NCBI GenBank assembly: GCA_041660565.1
Contig: JBAZWC010000001.1
Coordinates: forward strand, 238,481-302,480
Direction of reading: 5' to 3'
Length of the DNA stretch: 64,000 nucleotides
Source: Patescibacteria group bacterium
GTDB lineage: Bacteria; Patescibacteriota; UBA1384; CAJBMM01
Every line of letters starts with the position of its first letter. Within the stretch, counting starts at the first letter, position 1. Of the stretch, positions 1-11,200 are shown in pieces. Below the pieces are notes generated by a model. That model saw only the letters and a program-made list of their open reading frames with translations, did no database searches and was not told the origin of the DNA. Made by a program: the position numbers and the translations under genes.

Positions 1-18
1 ATCAAATCCCCCAGTATT

Positions 19-498
19 GTGGGCCATTCGTTCGGTGGCCGCGTAGCTATTGTACTTGCGACGCTTAATTCGGATATCAAAAAAGTGGTTCTATATGCTA
101 CTCCCGGCGTGCGGCAACCACTGCCCCGTTTTACTTCAATGGCTCAAGCAATGTATCGTAGCCTTGGCCGCACGACCAATATATTGAATAAAACCATGCT
201 AATGAGACGAATTAGAAAAAGTGTGCAATCTGAAGACTATCGTCAGGCACAAGAGTTAAAAGACATATTTATTTCCACCATCAATTTCGATCTTGCTCCT
301 TATATGGAGAAACTCAATCAAACTGTATTACTAGTTTGGGGCGAAGATGACCACGTTGTGCCGGTGAAAATTGCTCAGAGTATGCAGCAAATTATCCCCC
401 ATTCAGACATTAAGATTATCCCGAAGGGATCGCACACTGCTCATTTGGAAAACCCCAGGCTGTTTTGTGGCCTAATCAGAAAGTACATTAATGACTAA
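19..498 (+). CDS. alpha/beta hydrolase fold protein, C-terminal part (5' end outside window)
   Basis: GHSFGG nucleophile elbow (GxSxG); ORF open at window start; 8-nt overlap with next gene. Confidence 0.55.
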   Translation: MGHSFGGRVAIVLATLNSDIKKVVLYATPGVRQPLPRFTSMAQAMYRSLGRTTNILNKTMLMRRIRKSVQSEDYRQAQELKDIFISTINFDLAPYMEKLNQTVLLVWGEDDHVVPVKIAQSMQQIIPHSDIKIIPKGSHTAHLENPRLFCGLIRKYIND

Positions 499-1837
499 TA
501 TTGTCAGTTTAATCTGGCCATTTTTGGATTTTGTATACATTTTACAGCTGGAAGATTACGATACGGCCAGTTACTTTAAATGGGTATACACTCGGTTTTT
601 TAAACGTCAACTTCAATATGTTGGAAAAATTACGTGGACTAAAAAGGCCCAGGCTATTTTAAGCGTAGCCTTGGGTTTGTATTTAGCGCTGATCTACTTC
701 TTTTGGCCGGTTGGGGTGATATATCAATTGGCGGTAATCGTATTCTTTACTTGTCTGATACCACTGATTGTTGGCTTAGCAAATCTAATTTGCTCCCCAA
801 TTGATTTATATATAAAACAAAACACCATTAAACTGGCTAAGGCAAAGCTATCACAAATGCCGGATTGTATTGTGGTTGCCATTGCCGGAAGTTACGGTAA
901 ATCGACAGTACGGTATTTTGCAAATCAACTTTTAAATCCAGATTTCGCAGTTCATACGCCAAAAGAAAATCACAACACTATGTTTTCGCTAGCGCAGGAC
1001 ATTGTGAATGAACTACCGGTAAAAACCAAATATTATTTGGTAGAGCTGGGTGAATATAATGTTGGTGATTTTAAGCGCTATATTGGGTTGCTTGACCCGG
1101 AAATTGTGGTAGTAACGGCAATTGGCCCACAGCACCTGTCTTCATTTGGCTCACAGGCTGCGATTGATTCGGAATTTAATGATCTAATAAGCATTACTAA
1201 AAATAAAATCCACCTGTTAAATGCCGAAAACGATGGAATTAAGCGTGTTTTCGGAGACGATGTTGCCCAAATTGGCCAGTATAATCAGCAATACCTCGAA
1301 AATAACTTTAATAATGTGAACGCCGATATTATGAGTATTCCGCAACTAAAACAGTGCGCGGCGGCTGCGGTAGTTTTGGCATCCGCGCTTGGCGTTTCAA
1401 AAGAAACTATTCAACCGCATATTACTTTACTGCATCCGGTTGAGCGTCGAATGGATGTAACCGAGCAAAATGGTATTACGATTATTGATGATACGTACAA
1501 CATCAATCCAGAGAGTGCAAAGGCAGCTCTGTCGTATTTGGAAACGCTAAAAGGGCGAAAGATTATTGTTACCGGCGGGATTGTAGATCAAGGACAATCA
1601 TCTGACAACGCCAACATTGTATTCGCGGATCAAATTTCGCAAGTGTGCGAAATTGCAATTATTGCTCAAACTATTTATGCGCCGTTGATTATTGATACCA
1701 TCAAAGACCGTAACAAATTGTGTCGCGTTATCGAATCGCCTCACCCAAGCCGAACCCCGTCTATATTAAAAGAGATCTTACAAAGCGGCGACAACGTTTT
1801 GTTGCAAAACGAACTCCCAGACCTTTATTGGCACTAG
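491..1837 (+). CDS. murF: Mur ligase family protein, MurF-like (UDP-MurNAc-tripeptide--D-Ala-D-Ala ligase) with unusual N-terminal ~110 aa membrane segment
   Basis: AIAGSYGKST P-loop; DDTYNINPES (MurF DDSYNANP-like); adjacent convergent ddl; three hydrophobic helices at N-terminus. Confidence 0.55.
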   Translation: MTNIVSLIWPFLDFVYILQLEDYDTASYFKWVYTRFFKRQLQYVGKITWTKKAQAILSVALGLYLALIYFFWPVGVIYQLAVIVFFTCLIPLIVGLANLICSPIDLYIKQNTIKLAKAKLSQMPDCIVVAIAGSYGKSTVRYFANQLLNPDFAVHTPKENHNTMFSLAQDIVNELPVKTKYYLVELGEYNVGDFKRYIGLLDPEIVVVTAIGPQHLSSFGSQAAIDSEFNDLISITKNKIHLLNAENDGIKRVFGDDVAQIGQYNQQYLENNFNNVNADIMSIPQLKQCAAAAVVLASALGVSKETIQPHITLLHPVERRMDVTEQNGITIIDDTYNINPESAKAALSYLETLKGRKIIVTGGIVDQGQSSDNANIVFADQISQVCEIAIIAQTIYAPLIIDTIKDRNKLCRVIESPHPSRTPSILKEILQSGDNVLLQNELPDLYWH

Positions 1838-2940
1838 ATTTTCTGAAGTATGTCCGATTTGTATTGTCGGACTAGTTTGTGTTTGATTTGATGCTGTTCA
1901 ACCGCTATTGCGAACAATCTTTTAATTAAATCCGGATAATTTAGGCCGCTAGCTTCCCAAAGATAGAAAGATAGTGAGCCCGGAATAGTGTTTATTTCGG
2001 TAACGTAAATATTGCTGTTGCTTTGATCAATCATAAAATCTACTCTGGCTACCCCGCTACACCCGAGCACCTTAAACACGTTCTCAGCGTATGTTTTGAT
2101 TTTTTTAGACTCTGCCTCCGAAATTGGGGCTGGAATTCGACGGTCTAAACTGGCCATACCTTTTGCGCCCTTTTTACCTTTACCGTTATGCAAATATTTA
2201 TCGGCATACGATAGGATTTCGCTTGAGGAAATTGGCTGTTCGCACACAGAGGACTCACACGCCTTAGCAGTGCCGAGCACGCTGCAGTTTATTTCTATCA
2301 TATTTGTTAAATAAGGCTCAACAATTGCTTGAGTATCAAGCTGAAAAATTGTAGCAAAACTTTCGGTCAGTTGCTTCTGGTTATCTGCCTTAGCCACGCC
2401 AATGCTTGATCCCAAGTGAGAAGGCTTGGCGATAACCGGAAAACCAATGTTTACTTTATCGGACGGAGAGTTGACGGCCTGATATGGCAATACGGGAATC
2501 TTGTTTTCGTGCATAATTGCTTTGAATAAAATTTTGTCCATGCCCAAGGCCGATGCCGAGACATTGCAACCAACGTATGGCACGTCCAGTGCCTCTAGTA
2601 GCCCTTGTACCGCACCATCTTCGCCACCTGTGCCATGGAATAACGGGAAGGCAATATCAATTGTTAATGGCTTAATTGAGAATAATCCACTCTTATATAG
2701 CAAGTGATTGTTTTGAATTGAAACTTCTACTCCCTTTTTGGCTAATTTAGCCAGTAATTCGTGCGGATTAAGAGGTGGATCATAAACCGTCAAAAACTGA
2801 CCATCATTTGTCCAATAGAACGGAATAATGTTGTATGCGCTATGGTCGATATACTTTAACGCTTGCATTGCGGTAATCACCGATACGTCATGTTCCACAC
2901 TTGGACCGCCGAACATTAGCAGTAGGTTTTTCTTCATCAC
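1834..2940 (-). CDS. ddl: D-alanine--D-alanine ligase
   Basis: N-term MMKKNLLLMFGGPSVEHDVSVITA, ATP-grasp motifs, 368 aa. Confidence 0.85.
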   Translation of the reverse strand: MMKKNLLLMFGGPSVEHDVSVITAMQALKYIDHSAYNIIPFYWTNDGQFLTVYDPPLNPHELLAKLAKKGVEVSIQNNHLLYKSGLFSIKPLTIDIAFPLFHGTGGEDGAVQGLLEALDVPYVGCNVSASALGMDKILFKAIMHENKIPVLPYQAVNSPSDKVNIGFPVIAKPSHLGSSIGVAKADNQKQLTESFATIFQLDTQAIVEPYLTNMIEINCSVLGTAKACESSVCEQPISSSEILSYADKYLHNGKGKKGAKGMASLDRRIPAPISEAESKKIKTYAENVFKVLGCSGVARVDFMIDQSNSNIYVTEINTIPGSLSFYLWEASGLNYPDLIKRLFAIAVEQHQIKHKLVRQYKSDILQKI

Positions 2941-3126
2941 ATCCTTTCTTAACGACTTTAGTATACATTATTTTGTGTCTTAAAACACAAAAAAGCACTA
3001 AGCACTAAATTATAAATTCGAAACAAATTCAAAAATTGGCGCGGTGGGCTGGTTTTTATATAATTAGAATTTTGAATTTTCTTTACACTCAACAAATCTT
3101 TCATTAAGATTATATATAGAGGGCTT

Positions 3127-4026
3127 ATGACAAATAAAAAATTGATTATCTGGGGTGGCGTGATTGCCGCCATGTCTTGTATGGCGATAATATTATTTTT
3201 AGTTTCGGAGAACCTTAGTCAAGCATCGACAATAAAATTATCTGCTCCGGTAGATGGCACTCCAATTCCGGATGGTGTTTCTTCGGCTACTCCAACTGCG
3301 CTTGTTTCGTCATTACCTTCTTCAACGGCCAGTGTTGCTCCCACCGCAACTAGTTCTGCTACTACAACTGCTACACCTACAACGCGCCCGTCATCTACCG
3401 TATCGGCAAATCCCTCGGCTGGTGCCAGCGTTGCCCCTAGTCACTCCCCCTCTGCCGGCCCAAGCTCTGCCGTCAGTAGTAATCCGTCAGCTGGGGTAAC
3501 AACTTCTCCAACAGTATCAACGTCCACCTCTGCGCCCATCTCAACGCCACAACCGAAAACTACGGAACAGGTAGTGCTATCTACGCTCAAACTTCAAGCC
3601 GAACCGGTGGTGGCTACATCAGATCATCGATATAACATTGTTATACAATGCACCGTTCCAACCGGGGTTAGCTTCGTGACGTTTTTGGTAAACTCGGATA
3701 ATCCCATGACTATTCCGGCCACGCTTAACAACAATACCGCCACCGCTACTATCACCTCACCTCTAGAAAGCGGCAAACATCAAATTACGGTAGCGTTCAA
3801 AGATCCAACGAGTAATCAGGTGATGGAAATTAAGCGCGATTTCTTTGTCTCCCCTGTTCTTGCAGCCAGTACCTTGAACGGATCATCGGCTGTAACATCA
3901 CATTTTACCGATTTTATCCCACTTAAGTATATCTTTACTCTAATTGCGATGATTCTAATTACTACGGTTGCCACCTTTGTTATCTACCGAAAAGCGGCGG
4001 TAATCGAGACTAAAAAAACTAAATAG
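3127..4026 (+). CDS. membrane-anchored Ser/Thr/Pro/Ala-rich hypothetical protein
   Basis: N-terminal TM helix, long low-complexity S/T/P/A tract, C-terminal TM helix. Confidence 0.45.
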   Translation: MTNKKLIIWGGVIAAMSCMAIILFLVSENLSQASTIKLSAPVDGTPIPDGVSSATPTALVSSLPSSTASVAPTATSSATTTATPTTRPSSTVSANPSAGASVAPSHSPSAGPSSAVSSNPSAGVTTSPTVSTSTSAPISTPQPKTTEQVVLSTLKLQAEPVVATSDHRYNIVIQCTVPTGVSFVTFLVNSDNPMTIPATLNNNTATATITSPLESGKHQITVAFKDPTSNQVMEIKRDFFVSPVLAASTLNGSSAVTSHFTDFIPLKYIFTLIAMILITTVATFVIYRKAAVIETKKTK

Positions 4027-4032
4027 GACGCT

Positions 4033-5406
4033 ATGAGCTCACTGTATTGGCGACAATTTTTGTACTCAGTAGTGATTGTTATTTGTATTCCAGCAATATT
4101 AATTGCTAATTTGATTCTGCATAATAACAATTTCACCACGCTACTTAATCAGGAGCTGCAAAGCAAGGCCGAGCTAACCGCTCAAGCGCTAAGCACCACC
4201 GTAACCGATTCACTTAGCCAGCCAGATGTAATTAGCGCCAAAATTAGTGCCTTAATTAAAAACTCAGATATCAAAGAAATTACAGTATATAAATATAACA
4301 ATAACGCGTTTTCTGTGGTATCTACTACTAACCCGGAAAACGAGGTGAAGGTGCTAGACGCGCCATCATCAAACACCGCTTGGAATGAAAAACGCGCTAT
4401 AGCAACTCAGTTTGGCTCGGCAAACACCAATGATCACGTTTATACCGTAACCACCCCAATTTACGATGCCGATGGAAATGCTGCTGCGCTGTTGGTAAGC
4501 CAAATTTCGGTAGCAGACATAGACGCACTGGTAAAAAGTAACAACCAGCAAACCCTGTACTTCTTATTAGCAAGCATATTGGTAATATTTATTTTGCTTA
4601 TTAACCACTTTCATTTTGTCGGATACGCCAAGCTACTTTATGCTCTTAAAAATGTAAATCAACTAAAAGATCGGTTTCTTAACCGCACTACCATGGACCT
4701 GCAAGAGCCGTTAATGAATATCAAAAGTAGCTCCGAATCGTTTAATAAACTCTACTCGCAATCGGTTGATGCCAATGGGCTCAAAATGATCAGCGACATC
4801 AACGCCGAATCGGTCAAAATGCTAGAAGTGGTTAAAGAGCTACTAGATTTAAGTAAAATTGAACACAACCAAATAGAACTTCAGCGGCAGCCGATCAATC
4901 CAATGAAAATTTGTGCCGATGTAGTGGCAAAGCTTGCGCCGGTTACCATGGCAAAGCAAATAAATATCTCGTTAAATATCGATAAAACTCAGGGGCTTAT
5001 TTCGGTTGATCAAAGCAGACTAAGCCAAGAAATTTCAATGTTGCTTAATGTATTTATTGAGCATATGGAAAATGGAGAGATTAAGATTGCCTACGAGCAA
5101 ATCACCAAAAACCGCTGGTCGGTAACTATCTCTAGCGATACTTTTAGATATAAAGATGCAGCTAACGTATCTCAGACCGCAATTTCTAATCCTGCTGATC
5201 AGTCAGCTAACTTAACCGAATTTGGGGTAAGTTATTGGATTGTAGAGCAATTGACTCAATTAATGGGTGGGCATATTGAAACTCAGTTTAATCCCCCATC
5301 TCAATTGATCTTTAGATTGATTTATCCGGAAGTTAAAGTAGTTGAGTTCCCTAACTCAGCCGAAGCCGTCGCTCCCACTGCCACTACCTCCAATATTTAT
5401 GCATAG
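4033..5406 (+). CDS. sensor histidine kinase-like membrane protein with degenerate H-box (phospho-acceptor His apparently Met)
   Basis: 2 TM helices flanking a periplasmic-type domain; LLDLSKIEHNQIEL (HisKA-like); H-box position reads TTMDLQEPLMNI instead of sHELRTPL; degenerate G-box QLMGGHIE. Confidence 0.5.
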   Translation: MSSLYWRQFLYSVVIVICIPAILIANLILHNNNFTTLLNQELQSKAELTAQALSTTVTDSLSQPDVISAKISALIKNSDIKEITVYKYNNNAFSVVSTTNPENEVKVLDAPSSNTAWNEKRAIATQFGSANTNDHVYTVTTPIYDADGNAAALLVSQISVADIDALVKSNNQQTLYFLLASILVIFILLINHFHFVGYAKLLYALKNVNQLKDRFLNRTTMDLQEPLMNIKSSSESFNKLYSQSVDANGLKMISDINAESVKMLEVVKELLDLSKIEHNQIELQRQPINPMKICADVVAKLAPVTMAKQINISLNIDKTQGLISVDQSRLSQEISMLLNVFIEHMENGEIKIAYEQITKNRWSVTISSDTFRYKDAANVSQTAISNPADQSANLTEFGVSYWIVEQLTQLMGGHIETQFNPPSQLIFRLIYPEVKVVEFPNSAEAVAPTATTSNIYA

Positions 5407-5443
5407 GACGAGCTATACTACGAAATCCGTAGTCAAATACCTA

Positions 5444-5770
5444 TCAAAAACCATTCCACCTGAGTAATAATAAAAATAGTCCGATTCCTAATATTGTACC
5501 AAAAACTGGGAAAGTATATCGTGTCCATTTTTCTGGAAAAAAGCTGTCGAATACGTATCCTTTCGTGGCGCCATATTTTTTTGCCATACCGGTCAACGGG
5601 CACTTCATACCATTGCCAAAAAACACGATTCCTTCGATAGAAATTAAGCCGAGCGCAACATATAACGCTGGTCCGAATATTTTTGCGATACCACAATATA
5701 GAATGAAAAATACTGAGCCAGCCATGAAAATAAATATGATCGTATGTATTGTTTTGATAAGCGCAAGCAT
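5444..5770 (-). CDS. small integral membrane protein (DUF2784-like, CPLT motif)
   Basis: 108 aa, 3-4 hydrophobic helices, GMKCPLTGM motif; the overlapping 149-aa ORF in another frame runs into the tRNA and was rejected. Confidence 0.45.
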   Translation of the reverse strand: MLALIKTIHTIIFIFMAGSVFFILYCGIAKIFGPALYVALGLISIEGIVFFGNGMKCPLTGMAKKYGATKGYVFDSFFPEKWTRYTFPVFGTILGIGLFLLLLRWNGF

Positions 5771-5842
5771 TTAGCTGACCTCGTTGGCCTTTAGAATATA
5801 GTATTTTAGTACAACCGAATATTAAATTATTTAATACGTAAT

Positions 5843-5918
5843 TGGTGGACCTTAGGAGATTCGAACTCCTGACCTCTTCCATGCCATGGAAGCGCTCTAC
5901 CAGCTAAGCTAAAGGCCC
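5843..5918 (-). tRNA. tRNA-Ala (anticodon GGC)
   Basis: Reverse complement GGGCCTTTAGCTTAGCTGGTAGAGCGCTTCCATGGCATGGAAGAGGTCAGGAGTTCGAATCTCCTAAGGTCCACCA: 7-bp acceptor stem with G3:U70, anticodon loop AUGGCAU, GTTCGAATC T-loop, encoded CCA. Confidence 0.9.
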
Positions 5919-5997
5919 ACTAACATTATTATACACAAAAAAGCATGAATTACCAGATTATTTTGATATAAATCTTTGATCCAGCACGGAATGACGA

Positions 5998-8025
5998 TTA
6001 AGGCAGCCGAGTAATGCGGCGGCGGATTAGCCATCCGGCAATTGAGATTAAGATTAACGTAGCTCCACCACCAATTGAAAGATTGGTTGGGGTGAGTAGT
6101 TTTTGGGCTTGAGTTTTAGTTTCAGTTGGAACCACAACAGGAGCTTCTTTAAATGACGCTGTAACAGCCGTGGATGGGTTTGAAGTGTTATTGTGAATGT
6201 CAGTAGCTTGTAAGGTGAATTGGTAGTCTGTGGCTAATACGAGTTTAGGGTGATTTGCTAGTACAACATTGTAGCTTAATGTTGATTTGGTTAGTTTGAC
6301 TGTCTCGATGTTAGTACCGGAAGCGTTATTAATATTTAGTATGTATTCAGATAAGTCTGTATCGATATTCGCAGTCCAAGATAGTTTAATTATTGATTTA
6401 GAATAGCTAGTTACAACCAGATTAACCGGAATACCCGGAGCTAGGTTATCTACTGAAGCAAAACTAACCGTATTAGAGCTTTTTGATTCAGAGGTACCTT
6501 TGTATGCTCTAACGAAGTAATAAAATGTAGTACCAACATCTGCTTTAGTATCGATATACTGTAATACTGTTTTTTCAGTTTTAGCTACGTTTACAAAATC
6601 TTTAGTATTATTAGTAGTACTACGGTAAACCATATAACCGTTAATACTAGATGATGTAGATGCCTTCCATTTTAGAGTAGTATTTCCGCCTTGATCTCCG
6701 GGAAAATCTTCTGCAGTTAAACTAGACGGTACATTAATAGATGATACCGGAGCAGCTGGTGCAGCACCAGTACCAGCAGATACACCAACTTGAGGTGCGG
6801 GGGTATTAGCTACTACAACTTGGGGCGCAGCAGTTGTGCTTGTACCCGTGTTGCCAGTACCGGTATTACCGGTGTTGTTACCGGAACTAGGCGTTGGCGT
6901 TGGAGTAGAATCACCGCCCCCAACCGCATTAACCGTTAGTGTTGCCTCGTTGGAGGTTACGTTACCAACGGAATTAGTAACGGTACATTTATATTTGCTA
7001 CTACTGTCCCCTGTTGCCAATGTCCCGGTGGTGTAACTCGAACTAGTTGCGCCAGAGATATTGCTACCATTTTTCTTCCACTGATACGATAGCGGTGCTG
7101 TACCAGAAGCCGCAACGGTAAATGTAGCAGTTTGACCGGCACTGACGGTGATATTAGATGGTTGAGTTGTGATTGACGGGGCGGTATCGCTAGGTGGTGG
7201 TGCATTAACCGTTAAAGTTGCTTCGTTAGAAGTAGCACTACCGTAAGCGTTAGTGACGGTACATTTATATTTACTACCACTATCTGATGTAGATAAGGCT
7301 CCTGTTGTATATGACGCACTGGTTGCGCCGGAAACATTACTCCCGTTTTTCTGCCATTGATATGACAGTGGCGCGGTACCGGAAGCCGCAACGGTAAATG
7401 TTGCCGTCTGCCCGGCCGTCACAGTAGCGCTAGATGGTTGAGTCGTGATGGCTGGCGCAGAACCAGTGATTGTGGATGATATGGTGACATATGAACCACC
7501 TGTTGTGGTTGGCGGCTGTTCTGTCGATGGAATTTGATACAGAGTGCTTCCATCGCTTGCTTTGGTTATAGTAATTCGCACTTGACCGTATGTGCCATAA
7601 GCAGTGGCTTCTACTCTTACAATAGCTAGCCCATTATAATTATCTCCGGAATAATTGCCAGCATTGCTAGTAACCACACAATGATTGCGGTCAACTCCCC
7701 CAATATTAACTTTACTAACAACTACATCAGAATCTGTTACTTCAATGGCAAAGTATTTTGGAGGACTATCTGCTGGGTTTTGACTGCCAAGGGCATTAAT
7801 CTTACCGAAAGTAGTAATCGTTCCGCCAATATCATACTTCCAGCCGGTTACTTTTACGGCAGCGGTGATATTATCCGAATTTTTATATGTCCATTGAACC
7901 GCACATGAAGATGTAGAGTCTGCGCGAGCTAAACGATTTTGGGACAGCGAAAAACTAAGCATCCCAACCATTATCAATACAACTGTCAGTGCCCAAACAT
8001 AACGAGGTTTTAATCTTATTCTCAT
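5998..8025 (-). CDS. secreted/cell-surface protein with tandem Ig-like repeats and C-terminal membrane anchor
   Basis: signal peptide/TM at N-term; two ~90-aa near-identical repeats (APSITTQPSNITVSAGQTATFTVAASGTAPLSYQWKKNGSN...); FN3-like region; C-term LILISIAGWLIRRR anchor. Confidence 0.6.
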   Translation of the reverse strand: MRIRLKPRYVWALTVVLIMVGMLSFSLSQNRLARADSTSSCAVQWTYKNSDNITAAVKVTGWKYDIGGTITTFGKINALGSQNPADSPPKYFAIEVTDSDVVVSKVNIGGVDRNHCVVTSNAGNYSGDNYNGLAIVRVEATAYGTYGQVRITITKASDGSTLYQIPSTEQPPTTTGGSYVTISSTITGSAPAITTQPSSATVTAGQTATFTVAASGTAPLSYQWQKNGSNVSGATSASYTTGALSTSDSGSKYKCTVTNAYGSATSNEATLTVNAPPPSDTAPSITTQPSNITVSAGQTATFTVAASGTAPLSYQWKKNGSNISGATSSSYTTGTLATGDSSSKYKCTVTNSVGNVTSNEATLTVNAVGGGDSTPTPTPSSGNNTGNTGTGNTGTSTTAAPQVVVANTPAPQVGVSAGTGAAPAAPVSSINVPSSLTAEDFPGDQGGNTTLKWKASTSSSINGYMVYRSTTNNTKDFVNVAKTEKTVLQYIDTKADVGTTFYYFVRAYKGTSESKSSNTVSFASVDNLAPGIPVNLVVTSYSKSIIKLSWTANIDTDLSEYILNINNASGTNIETVKLTKSTLSYNVVLANHPKLVLATDYQFTLQATDIHNNTSNPSTAVTASFKEAPVVVPTETKTQAQKLLTPTNLSIGGGATLILISIAGWLIRRRITRLP
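6938..7455. repeat. tandem ~270-bp DNA repeat (2 copies) encoding the Ig-like repeats
   Basis: 6938-7180 and 7208-7455 are near-identical by eye. Confidence 0.7.
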
Positions 8026-8202
8026 ATATTAATATTGATGTATAACTGAATAGAACACAATAAAGATTCTAAGGTCGGGGTAAAAAACATTAGTGGTCAA
8101 TCAAAACTATTTCTTATCAATTATATGTAGATTTTGGTCTTTGAGAATTTACCCAGCAGCGTTTGTGGATGATAATCAAAGTTTTTGAAACTTTTGAACA
8201 CA

Positions 8203-11200
8203 TTACCTACGAACTTTTTTTCGTCGATTGGAGTAGATTATAAAACCGAGAACGAAAACTAAAGCGATAAAACCGAATGAGACGTATTGCCAAATTCTGG
8301 TTTTTTGTTTCTCTATTTCAATATTTCCATTGTCAACGCTCATATTAAAATCATAGGTTTTGCTTTCGTCACCCTCTAGCTCTAAATTACTTGCCAGTTT
8401 AATAGATGCGTGAGCAAGAACGGTATGAGATCCTTGTCCCAGAATCTCACTAGCGTTGGCCAACCTGCACGACCAATTACCTTCGTCATCGGCAAGTACT
8501 TGAGTGGTATAAGGATCGGAATGGATGGTAAGAAATACAATTGTGTTCGGATCTGAGGTGCCATCAATCAAAAGACTGTCATTTTTAGCTGTAATATCAG
8601 TAATGGATGGAGCTGAAGGTCTAATATCAATAATTTGTGTTGATTTGCTCTTGTTTCCTGCTTTATCATAAACGGTCAAAGTAACAGTGTACCTTCCGGG
8701 ATTCTTATAAACATGATTAACCTTTGATAGATTAGATGTGCTTCCATCTCCAAAATTCCATTCTAAAAGGGTAATTAATATATTGTCTGTGGAACTGCTT
8801 GCATCAAATGTAACTGATTTGCTAGTAACAAGCGTCAACGGATCTTGTAGGATACCTAGGGCGGCTATGGGAGATGTAGTGTCTGGCCTGGTTGAGCTTG
8901 TGGTTGATGTGCTAGATGAAGGTGATGGACTCGAAGTTGTTGTGGACGCTGAGCTACTAGATGATGATGAGGTTGGTGTTGATGTAGGCGTTGCGGTTGG
9001 TGTTGATGTTGCGGTGCTAGGTGTCGGAGTTGAGCTTGGCTCCGGTGTTGGGCTGTCGGATGATGGTGTAGCTTGTGTTGCAGCAGTAGCCGAAACGTAG
9101 TTGGAATTTTCTACGTTATCACCATTTACCGAATAAACATAATATGTGTAATCCGTTGAAGCCGAAAGTCCGGTATCAGAATAAGTTAAATCATTTGCAG
9201 AATGAACTAAGGTGCCAGAACCTGACAAGCCATTTCGATAAACGTTAAACTTACTTTGAGCTCCGCCAGATGTCCAATCAACTTGAATCGAACTTGCAGA
9301 TTGAGCGGTGGCGGTAGCAGAGCCGGGATTTGACGCACTAGTGTATTTGGCCGCAGTGGTAGAATATGCGGTTTCGGTGCTGTCGGCATTACGTGCTTTG
9401 ACTTCTAAAATGTATTGAGTGTTGGCAGAGAGCCCGGTATTAACAATTCCCAATGCTCCACCCCAAGTGGTGTAATCCTGCCAGACTGCGGAAGCACCCA
9501 GAGTACCATTTGCTTGGATATACTGTGTCGTTGATGTTTCGTAGATAGCGTACGTTGTGCCAGCCGGATTCGAGTTTTGATTAATAATTGCTGTTAAAGA
9601 AGTCGCGGATGTTAAGGTGACTGTTGGCGCAGACGGAACGTTAGCAAGAGTATATTTGGACGCGGTTGTGGAAAAGCTTGTTTCGGTGTCATTGCTATTT
9701 TTAGCTTTTACCTCAAATGTATATTGGACATTGGGAGATAAACCGGTATTCGTTACACCCGAAGCTCCACCCCATGTAGTATAATCCTGCCAAACCGCCG
9801 ACGCGCCGAGTGATCCATTTGCTTGAATATACTGTGTCGTTGATGTTTCGTAGATAGCGTAGGTTGTTCCGGCTGGATTAGAATTTTGATTGACGGTGAT
9901 TTTTAGTGAGGTGGCAGCCGGTGTATTCACTGTTGGCGCAGACGGTACGTTGGCTAAGGTGTAAAATGCAACACATGCCCCATATGCGGAACCAGATATG
10001 TTTGTGGCATAAGGTTTGTATGAATATTGCGTATTTACGCTTAGACTTGATTGTGAGAGCGAAAAAGCTCCAGTGCCGTAGTCACCGTTTTGTGATAAGT
10101 CGTTAATAGCTCCAGTACAATCTGATGATTGATAGTATTTAAAACCTCTAACAGTAGCATTTTGAGTGCCAACATCCTCAATTGTCCCATGCAGAGAAGC
10201 GGAGGTAGCCGTAATATTATCTGCAGCCTGAGCAGTCACAGTTGGGGGTGTTAACGCCACTTCCGCTCCAACACTTGTTGACGGCTCAGGCAAGGAGTAT
10301 TGGCGTAGTCTAAAATCGTCAAGATACCCGGATGTTTGTACAGCACTGTCAGTAGTAAATGTAATTTTATTAATTGCTCCTACAGCTCGTGAGATATCGT
10401 CCTGTCTAACAATTTCGTTATAATTTGTGTCATATACAACAAAATTATATTTATCCAAATCTGTGTTAAATTCTAGAGTTACCAGATACCAAGTGTCTGC
10501 AGTGTATGTTACCGCAGTGTTGTGGAATGAACCATCCCAGTAATGAAAATATGTAGCACCAAGACCAGCCACTGCCCCTATTGTATCTCCGCTATAAAGA
10601 TATGCGTCAAATCCTCCACCTGTGGTATTACTCCTTCGCATCCATGCTCCAATAACTCCCGTAGTCTTCGGAACAAATGAAGAAGTGTAAAACTGAGTTC
10701 CGGCGATTGCAGATGTGTCAGATTGTCTGATAGATCTACTTCCGTGTCGTATTGGCGTGTCTACTACTGTCACTGTGCCCCCAGAACCAGCGCCCGTCCA
10801 GAAAGGAGCTACTCTACTAAGAGCAGACACAAAGTCTGTCTCTATTGTTAATCCTGTATACCACGTATCAGTTCCGTTAGGTGAACCCGCAAAATAAGTC
10901 CATATTTGATTATTTGTAAGATTAAAACTGTTTCGGTAAATATCATCAGTTAGCACTACCGGCGTGTCTTGGTCTGAATCATTCCATGCAGCTGCTGCTC
11001 CAAAATTGATCGCATTTCTTATGAATTCTCTGCTGGCTGGATAAAATGTTGGGCTGGTATCTCTATAAAGTTCAATCTGTGCCTTATCTGACGATACGGT
11101 ATAGTGTGGCACAAGCATATAATAATAATCCCCATACTTAAATGGAAAAATACAAAACCGACCACCGGTAAAAATCGGATTGTTAGCATCTTTTGTCCAA

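Noticed and set aside
3254-3499. 81-aa ORF within the S/T/P-rich gene
   Set aside because: Alternative frame of a low-complexity region (L/Q/R/P repeats); no start context
5433-5882. 149-aa ORF on minus strand
   Set aside because: Different frame overlapping the more plausible 108-aa membrane protein and running through the tRNA-Ala gene; aromatic/Cys-rich nonsense composition
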